DNA of 32,000 nt, taken from Candidatus Saccharimonadota bacterium (GTDB lineage: Bacteria; Pseudomonadota; Alphaproteobacteria; CAJXXZ01; 1604HC). The notes under the pieces are model-generated. The model was not told where the DNA came from and searched no databases. It was given only the letters and a program-made list of their open reading frames with translations. Of this stretch, positions 26,208-32,000 are shown one piece after another. The stretch spans positions 420,001 through 452,000 of the forward strand of contig NZ_CP043314.1 of the NCBI RefSeq assembly GCF_008189525.1. Reading direction: 5' to 3'. Both the position numbers and the translations under genes were made by a program. Every line of letters begins with the position of its first letter. Positions within the stretch are counted from its first letter, which is position 1.

Positions 26208-26690
26208 ATGTCACAAAAAGAACCTATTACTAAAACCGGATTGTTGAAACTTAAGCTAGAATTAAATGAATTAATTGAAACAGTAAAACCTAAAATAATG
26301 AAAGAACTGCAATATGCAAGAGGGTTAGGAGATTTATCAGAAAACGCAGAATATAGTGCTGCGAAAGAGAAACAAATAGAAATCAGCAAAAGAATTGAAA
26401 AACTACATAACATGATTCTAAATTCCAGAGTTGTTGACACCGCAAACATAGACAAAGACTTTGCTAGATTCGGAGCAAAAGTAACTCTTACAGATTGCGA
26501 CACAGGTAAAGAAGTTTCATACACATTAGTAGGAAAATACGAATCTGATATACAAAAAAAGCTAATTTCAATAGACTCTCCATTAGGAAAAAGCATACTT
26601 GGAAAACAAGTGGATCAAGAGTTTGAATTCAGAGCCCCTGGAGGACATAAAACTTTCTTAATAAAGGAGATTAGATATGAGGAAGTATGA
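26208..26690 (+). CDS. greA: Transcription elongation factor GreA
   Basis: 160 aa. Motifs: PITKTGLLKLKLEL, ARGLGDLSENAEYSAAKEKQ, and the C-terminal ISIDSPLGKSILGKQVDQEFEF. An AGGAG RBS is present. Confidence 0.92.
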   Translation: MSQKEPITKTGLLKLKLELNELIETVKPKIMKELQYARGLGDLSENAEYSAAKEKQIEISKRIEKLHNMILNSRVVDTANIDKDFARFGAKVTLTDCDTGKEVSYTLVGKYESDIQKKLISIDSPLGKSILGKQVDQEFEFRAPGGHKTFLIKEIRYEEV

Positions 26691-28065
26691 TTTAGTAGTT
26701 ATAGGTGGTGGACCTGGTGGGTATACAGCTGCGCTAGAAGCACAAAAACTTGGAGCACATGTTGCTATAGTTGAAAAGAAAACTCATGTAGGTGGAATAT
26801 GTCTGAACTCAGGATGTATACCAACTAAAACCTTACTAGAAAGTGCTGAACTTTATCAAAAAATAAAAGATTCATCTGCCCTAGGGATAGAATGCAAAGA
26901 TGCAAAACCAGATATAAAGAAAATAATAGAAAGATCTAAAGATGTAATCAATCAACTTTCTACAGGACTTTATGCTCTATTAAAAAATAAAATAGATTTT
27001 ATAGAAGGATACGGAAAAATATCAAGTGATAAATATCCATTCGAAGTAGAAGTAAATAATGAAACCATATCAGCTGAGAACTTAATAATAGCAACTGGAG
27101 CAAGGAACAGACAAATTCCTTCAATGCCATTTGATGGAAAGAAAATACTAAGCTGCAAGGATGCTATGAACATGAAATCCATACCTAAATCAATTTCAAT
27201 TATAGGATCTGGAGCTATAGGCATGGAATTCGCTTCATTTTTCAACGCATTGGACTCTAATGTGACAGTATTTGAAATGCAAGACAAAATATTACCATTT
27301 GCAGATGAAGAAGTAAGCATAGCAGCGAAAAATAAATTCGAATCACTTGGAATTGAATTTAAACTTTCTACATCCATCAACTCATGTGAAATAAAAAACA
27401 ATCAAGTTGTCTTGAATAAAAATTTTGAATCTGATGTTTGTTTAGTAGCAATAGGAATTCAAGGAAATCACGAAAATTTAGGTTTAGAAAATTTTCCAAA
27501 AATAGAAATAGAAGGAACTTTCATAAAAACAAATCCACTAAATGAGACCGGAGAAAAAGGAATATATGCTATAGGAGATATTTCTTCTAGGACACCTTGG
27601 CTAGCACACAAAGCAATCCATGAAGGAATCAGATGTGTGCATAGAATCTTTAACAACACATCAATTGAAAATAATATATCAGAAAGACCTATAAAAGATG
27701 AAGATGTTCCTGTATGTGTTTATACAATTCCTCAGATAGCACAAATTGGATTAACAGAAAAGCAAGCAATAGAAAAAGGGCATTCTGTTGTGATAGGAAA
27801 GCAAAATTTAAAATTCAATGGAAAAGCTTTAACAAAAAATGAAAATGAAGGTTTTATAAAAACTATTTTTGATAAAGATAATCAAGAATTTTTGGGGGCA
27901 CATATGTTTGGAAAAAACGTTACAGAGCTTGTACATGGATTCAGTATATTACAAAACATGGAAGGGCTTCTTTGGGATATAAAAAATACAATTTTCCCAC
28001 ACCCTACTCTAGCTGAAAGCATTCATGATGCAGTATCTGATGCAGAAGCTAAATTAAGTAAATAA
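26677..28065 (+). CDS. lpdA: Dihydrolipoyl dehydrogenase (E3)
   Basis: 462 aa. Motifs: YDLVVIGGGPGGYTAA (FAD), GGICLNSGCIPTKTLL (redox disulfide), IIGSGAIGMEFA (NAD), AIGDI, HPTLAES (His-Glu dyad region). It overlaps the greA 3' end by 14 nt, with AAGGAG upstream. Confidence 0.9.
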   Translation: MRKYDLVVIGGGPGGYTAALEAQKLGAHVAIVEKKTHVGGICLNSGCIPTKTLLESAELYQKIKDSSALGIECKDAKPDIKKIIERSKDVINQLSTGLYALLKNKIDFIEGYGKISSDKYPFEVEVNNETISAENLIIATGARNRQIPSMPFDGKKILSCKDAMNMKSIPKSISIIGSGAIGMEFASFFNALDSNVTVFEMQDKILPFADEEVSIAAKNKFESLGIEFKLSTSINSCEIKNNQVVLNKNFESDVCLVAIGIQGNHENLGLENFPKIEIEGTFIKTNPLNETGEKGIYAIGDISSRTPWLAHKAIHEGIRCVHRIFNNTSIENNISERPIKDEDVPVCVYTIPQIAQIGLTEKQAIEKGHSVVIGKQNLKFNGKALTKNENEGFIKTIFDKDNQEFLGAHMFGKNVTELVHGFSILQNMEGLLWDIKNTIFPHPTLAESIHDAVSDAEAKLSK

Positions 28066-28193
28066 GATAATAACTAAAGATAGTAACTAGTAATATGTGA
28101 ACTGAATTTATACTTAATTGAATATATTCTCAATAAAATATGCTCTTATATTAGAAATTTTCTAGCACATTACTTGTAAGAATAATAAATAAA

Positions 28194-29369
28194 TTAAGCA
28201 AATATCACAGATGGGTTTATATATTGCTTTCCATCCCAAACTCTATAGAAAAATTTCCTTTTAGATGAACCTATCACAGATCCTTTTTCTAGAATTTCAC
28301 CTTTCCTTACAAATACACTCTCTAATCCACTATACATTATCAAGTACTTCTGATCACTTCCTCTATTCTCTTCAATAAATATAGTACTACCAGAATTATA
28401 TCCAGAAACACCCTTCTGATTGTTATCTTTTTCAGATTTAGATATAAATTTAATTACTCCTGATATTGATGATACAACATCCCCAGATCCTAAGATGTAC
28501 ACACCTTCCCTAACATTTCCATGCTTTGTAGAAAATGGAGCACTAGAATCTATATTTCCATTTTTCATAGGAAACACAATTTTAGGAGCACTTTTCTTTT
28601 TCTCAACGATTTTGCTTTTTACTTTTTGTGGAATAAAATTCTTAAACTCTTCTGATATTTCCTTGTCTAATTCTGATTCGCTTACTAAATCATTAACAGA
28701 ATCTATGTTGAGCCTTGCCTCTATCTTGTTTTTCTTATTATCATTTTTCGGAGTCTTTAACTTCTGTACACTCTCTTTAGAATCTTCACTTGCCTTTAAA
28801 TCACTATCTCTTTCTACCAAAGTAGTAGACTTTGACTTACTTTTTTTCTCATCTAATAAGCCTAAATCTGATTTATTTATATTTTGTGATTCATTCTCCA
28901 ATATATTATTATTATTTTTATCTTTATGACTTTTCAGTGATTCTTCAGTAACATTCAACTTGCCATTCAAATCTGTACTTTGCATATCAAGAGCTTTAGA
29001 CCCTTCACTTTCTTTGCTAGAATCATTAGACTCTTTTCCATCCAATTCACTGGTTTTGCTTGAATTAAATTTATTTTTCTTATTAACAGAATCAGAATTT
29101 TTGTCACTTAAACTTAAATCATTTTCATCAGAGCTTTTAGGCGTATATCTTAGGACCTGTCCTTCTTGTATATATTCATTATCTATACCATTTAAATCCA
29201 CCAAAACTTTTTTAGAAACATTTAACTTTTCAGATACTTCTTCTATAGTTTCATTTTCCTTTACTATATATATCCTTCTGACTTTCTCACTTTCATTACA
29301 TGAGCACAAGAAAATAGACAATAAAAACACTGATAAAGACCTGATTCTTAATGTTCTACTCTTTAACAT
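28194..29369 (-). CDS. NlpD-like lipoprotein: LysM domain, long low-complexity linker, degenerate LytM (M23) domain
   Basis: The preferred start is MLKSRTLRIRSLSVFLLSIFLCSC (basic n-region, hydrophobic core, lipobox-like L-C-S-C). The maximal ORF starts at ATG 29411. LysM segment: YIVKENETIEEVSEKLNVSKKVLVDLNGI....EGQVLRY. The C-terminal segment aligns with E. coli NlpD (NKGIDIAG = REGVYILG; RLHFEIRYKGKSVNP = KFFYRVWDGKQYINP), with HxxxD and HxH absent. Confidence 0.65.
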   Translation of the reverse strand: MLKSRTLRIRSLSVFLLSIFLCSCNESEKVRRIYIVKENETIEEVSEKLNVSKKVLVDLNGIDNEYIQEGQVLRYTPKSSDENDLSLSDKNSDSVNKKNKFNSSKTSELDGKESNDSSKESEGSKALDMQSTDLNGKLNVTEESLKSHKDKNNNNILENESQNINKSDLGLLDEKKSKSKSTTLVERDSDLKASEDSKESVQKLKTPKNDNKKNKIEARLNIDSVNDLVSESELDKEISEEFKNFIPQKVKSKIVEKKKSAPKIVFPMKNGNIDSSAPFSTKHGNVREGVYILGSGDVVSSISGVIKFISKSEKDNNQKGVSGYNSGSTIFIEENRGSDQKYLIMYSGLESVFVRKGEILEKGSVIGSSKRKFFYRVWDGKQYINPSVIFA

Positions 29370-29555
29370 TTTTATATTACATATATCGTTTTTTGCACTC
29401 TTATTACTCATAAATCCCTTACTTATACCTTAAATTCTACTATATCTTACTTATTCTTTAAATTTAGAATATGTTTAGTAGCTTTCAATACACCTTTACT
29501 GTATTTGTTTTGTTTATATGACTCATTATACCCATAAAATCATGTATTAAATAAC

Positions 29556-30782
29556 TCATATATGAAGCAATTTATCTAAAATGTAATTTGATATTTCAAT
29601 CGCATTACCTTTTTCCTGATACTGCTCCAATAATGCTGCTAATATTCTACCAACTGCAATTGAAGAGCAGTTTAAAGTATGTACAAACTTCTTATCTTTT
29701 GTTTCTTTATCTATATATTTACATTTCATTCTCATGCTTTGAAATGTTTTACAGTTAGAGCAACTAGATACTTCTCTGTACTTCTTTGCTCCTGCAAACC
29801 AAACCTCTATGTCATACTGCTTTGAAGCAGTGAAACCTATATCTCCAGCACAAATTGCAACCAATCTATAAGACAAACCAAGCTTCTGTAGAATTTTTTC
29901 CACATTTGCTATCATTTCATTTTGAATTTGATCTGAATTTTTTTCTGTACAAAAAGCAACTATTTCAGCTTTATGAAATTGATGCAATCTTATCATTCCT
30001 TTTGTATCTTTTCCTGCAGAACCTGCTTCTTTCCTGAAACAAGGAGTTAATGAAGTAACTTTGTATGGCAATTCGTTCTCCAGAAAAAACTTACCTTCTC
30101 CTAAATTAACTAAAGGAACTTCACCAGTTGGAATAAGAAATTTATCATCACATCTAAATAAATCATCTCTAAATTTTGGAAGTTGTCCAGAATTAAATAG
30201 CGCTTTTTCTAAAACTAAGTAAGGCAATGAAAATTCTTTGTATCCATTCTTAACATTGAAATCCATCATCCAGTTTGCAAGTTTTCTTTCTAATGTAGCC
30301 AATTTATCACTAGAAACAACAAATCTAGATCCCGACATATTTGCTTCATGCCAACTTAAACTACCCGAAAGTATTTCATCATGAGTTTTCTGAAGCTCTA
30401 TTTTATCACCAAACCCCCTGATAGTTATATTATCACTCTCTGAATCTCCCTCTGGAACCTCTGAATCTAAGACATTAGGTACAGTTAACAAAGCTTCATC
30501 TAAGCTTTTCTTAAACTCTTTTTCTATTTGCTCAGACTCTTTTATATTAAGTTTGATATTTTTTATATTTTCTTTTGCTTGCTCTTTTTGTAAATCAACT
30601 TTCCCTTGAAATTCTGCAGATTCTTGTTTTAGATTCTGTCTCATGGATTGTATCTTAGAAACTTCTGTCTTCCATTTTTCATACAAAGAAATAAGTTCAG
30701 AAGATTTATGGCTTTCTCTTCTTAAAAGCATATTTCTGTCAAATTCTTTTGGGTTTTCTTTTATCCATTTTATATCCAGCAT
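29556..30782 (-). CDS. serS: Seryl-tRNA synthetase
   Basis: It has the N-terminal MLDIKWIKENP and a coiled-coil arm. Class II motifs are present: FLIPTGEVPL, CFRKEAGSAGKDTKGMIRLHQFHK, and HTLNCSSIAVGRILAALLE. The maximal ORF begins one codon earlier at TTG 30785. Confidence 0.93.
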   Translation of the reverse strand: MLDIKWIKENPKEFDRNMLLRRESHKSSELISLYEKWKTEVSKIQSMRQNLKQESAEFQGKVDLQKEQAKENIKNIKLNIKESEQIEKEFKKSLDEALLTVPNVLDSEVPEGDSESDNITIRGFGDKIELQKTHDEILSGSLSWHEANMSGSRFVVSSDKLATLERKLANWMMDFNVKNGYKEFSLPYLVLEKALFNSGQLPKFRDDLFRCDDKFLIPTGEVPLVNLGEGKFFLENELPYKVTSLTPCFRKEAGSAGKDTKGMIRLHQFHKAEIVAFCTEKNSDQIQNEMIANVEKILQKLGLSYRLVAICAGDIGFTASKQYDIEVWFAGAKKYREVSSCSNCKTFQSMRMKCKYIDKETKDKKFVHTLNCSSIAVGRILAALLEQYQEKGNAIEISNYILDKLLHI

Positions 30783-30926
30783 CAAGAAATTTTAAACCAA
30801 TTCCAAACTTTATACAATTTTACAAAATTATTTACTATTTATATTGATTATATTACTTGTGCTTTGTTTGTGTTTTGTCGGATAGAATACTTAAGAATGA
30901 ATTGAAATCATATTTGTTTAATAAGC

Positions 30927-31670
30927 TTAAACTACTACTTGCTTATTTGCTTTTTCACTTTCATCAGAAGATTTAACTGCTGGTTCCACAGATAATTTAT
31001 AACCCCTACCCCATACAGTTTTAATTGTCGGAATATTATCTAAATAATCTTTTGAAAATTCACTAATTTTAGATCTAAGCTTACAAATAAACACATCTAT
31101 TATCTTTTTTGTAGGCTCATCACATCCAGAGTCATACAAATGACTTAGAAAGACGTCTTTAGTTAATATAGAATCTTTCCTGACTGCTAATAACTCTAAT
31201 ATTAAGTATTCCTTGTTTGTTAATCTAATCTCTTGATCATTTACAAAAACCATTTTCTTGGTTGTATCCAAAACAAGCTGCCCTAAATCTACTAAAGATG
31301 AAGATTGTCCATTGGACCTTCTTACCATAGCATTAACCCTAGCCAAAAGTTCATCTTTATCAAAAGGTTTGGTTATATAGTCATCAGCTCCGGCATTAAA
31401 TCCCTTAAGCTTATCACCTACCTCTTTCATAAAAGAAACCATTGCAACAGGCGTGGAAACCTTACACTTCCTAAGTCTGTTTAACAAATCGTATCCAGAC
31501 ATATCAGGCATAACCACGTCCATTATTATTGCGTCATATTCAAAAATCCTAGCGTACTTTAAACCTTCGAAAGCAGAATCTACATGCTCACAAACCATAT
31601 TATGAGATTGAAGAAATGAGATAATGCTAGATGCAACTGAAGAGTCATCCTCTATTATAAGAATTTTCAT
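30927..31670 (-). CDS. ctrA: Cell-cycle response regulator CtrA (OmpR family)
   Basis: 247 aa. MKILIIEDD...DAIIMDVVMPDMSGYDLL (receiver domain, phospho-Asp context), ADDYITKPFDKDEL, LTNKEYLILELL, and KIIDVFICKLRSKI...TVWGRGYKL, nearly identical to Caulobacter CtrA as I recall it (KIIDVFICKLRKKL...TVWGRGYVL). Confidence 0.85.
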   Translation of the reverse strand: MKILIIEDDSSVASSIISFLQSHNMVCEHVDSAFEGLKYARIFEYDAIIMDVVMPDMSGYDLLNRLRKCKVSTPVAMVSFMKEVGDKLKGFNAGADDYITKPFDKDELLARVNAMVRRSNGQSSSLVDLGQLVLDTTKKMVFVNDQEIRLTNKEYLILELLAVRKDSILTKDVFLSHLYDSGCDEPTKKIIDVFICKLRSKISEFSKDYLDNIPTIKTVWGRGYKLSVEPAVKSSDESEKANKQVVV

Positions 31671-31928
31671 GTTTTTCTTTTCACTTTCATATAAGACATT
31701 TACAGAAAATATTAAATAAATGATTAACCTGGTTTAAAATAAACGTTAATTTCTGTTCTGTAAGAAATATAATCACCTCTAAGAAGAGATTTTATAAATC
31801 ACAAAACAACAATCAATCTAATTAAATAGTTAAAAATTCCATAATTTTTATGTCTATTGTTTAATAAGAACAAAACCTAACTCAAAAACAAATTAAAGAA
31901 ACGATTAGTTAATTAAAAAATTAATTAG

Positions 31929-31943
31929 TTAAGAATTAATTAA
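31929..31943. promoter_or_regulatory. TTAA-N7-TTAA (CtrA-box pattern) upstream of ctrA
   Basis: TTAAgaattaaTTAA, read directly, about 260 nt upstream of the ctrA ATG. It is embedded in a TTAA-dense tract (31909-31943). Chance occurrence is likely in DNA this AT-rich. Confidence 0.2.
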
Positions 31944-32000
31944 TTCAACTCTTTTCTGCATCATTCTGCATTTTTATTACCTGGTCATATCTGAAACATT

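Noticed and set aside
26192-27659. Minus-strand ORFs 26192-26596 (134 aa, in greA), 26970-27401 and 27468-27659 (in lpdA)
   Set aside because: These are antisense shadow ORFs inside motif-confirmed genes.
28420-29433. Plus-strand ORFs 28420-28929 (169 aa) and 28960-29433 (157 aa)
   Set aside because: They are antisense to the low-complexity linker of the NlpD-like gene. The minus-strand frame carries the LysM and LytM-like domains and a lipoprotein signal, while these frames are F/L/S repeats.
29855-30037. 60-aa plus-strand ORF inside serS
   Set aside because: It is antisense to the SerRS catalytic core.
31945-32000. Possible 3' end of a minus-strand gene at the right edge (...CFRYDQVIKMQNDAEKS-stop)
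   Set aside because: Only 18 codons are visible, which is too short to distinguish from chance.
1-32000. Alternative genetic code (TGA as Trp), CRISPR arrays, IS or transposon ends, integrases, phage or defence genes
   Set aside because: TGA terminates gltX and the GST-like gene at sensible protein ends, and all conserved genes are intact under the standard code. I found no spaced direct-repeat array, no transposase- or integrase-like ORF, and no long terminal inverted repeats. Every ORF over 100 aa other than the one orphan maps to a housekeeping family.

Overview
This is a strongly AT-rich core-genome window. It reads as a reduced alphaproteobacterial chromosome of the Rickettsiales/Holosporales endosymbiont type. 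The clade call rests on four things: a CtrA-type response regulator (KIIDVFICKLR recognition helix), a circularly permuted two-piece ssrA gene, an alpha-type SspB, and the tRNA-Tyr/tRNA-Gly/tuf arrangement.

I can support 26 protein genes, two tRNAs and one tmRNA. The protein genes are gyrB (partial), a birA-like ligase, gltX, one orphan, fabH, plsX, rpmF, RNase J, murA, engB, alaS, a beta-barrel OMP, a GST-like protein, gatC, gatA, gatB, tuf, rpmA, rplU, a small RNase D-like exonuclease, sspB, greA, lpdA, an NlpD-like degenerate-LytM lipoprotein, serS and ctrA. The genetic code is standard: TGA terminates gltX and the GST-like gene. Several genes appear to start at GTG or TTG (gyrB, plsX, RNase J, murA, birA-like).

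I see no CRISPR array, transposase, integrase, phage gene, toxin-antitoxin pair or recognisable defence module. I do not find a convincing novel multi-gene system; this is housekeeping territory.

The items most worth a second look are:
- the permuted ssrA gene, invisible to the ORF track, whose 3' end abuts the sspB start codon (a possible tmRNA-adaptor module) and which encodes an unusually long tag ending AVAVA;
- a 1.35 kb ORF-free AT-rich tract between convergent tuf and rpmA, where the canonical neighbours are missing;
- a biotin ligase homologue lacking the GRGRRGR loop arginines;
- an orphan 318-aa protein downstream of rpmF-plsX-fabH;
- a near-consensus promoter placed so that rplU would be leaderless;
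- lineage-specific low-complexity insertions in GluRS, GatC and AlaS.

All functional calls come from motif recognition by eye. No searches were run.
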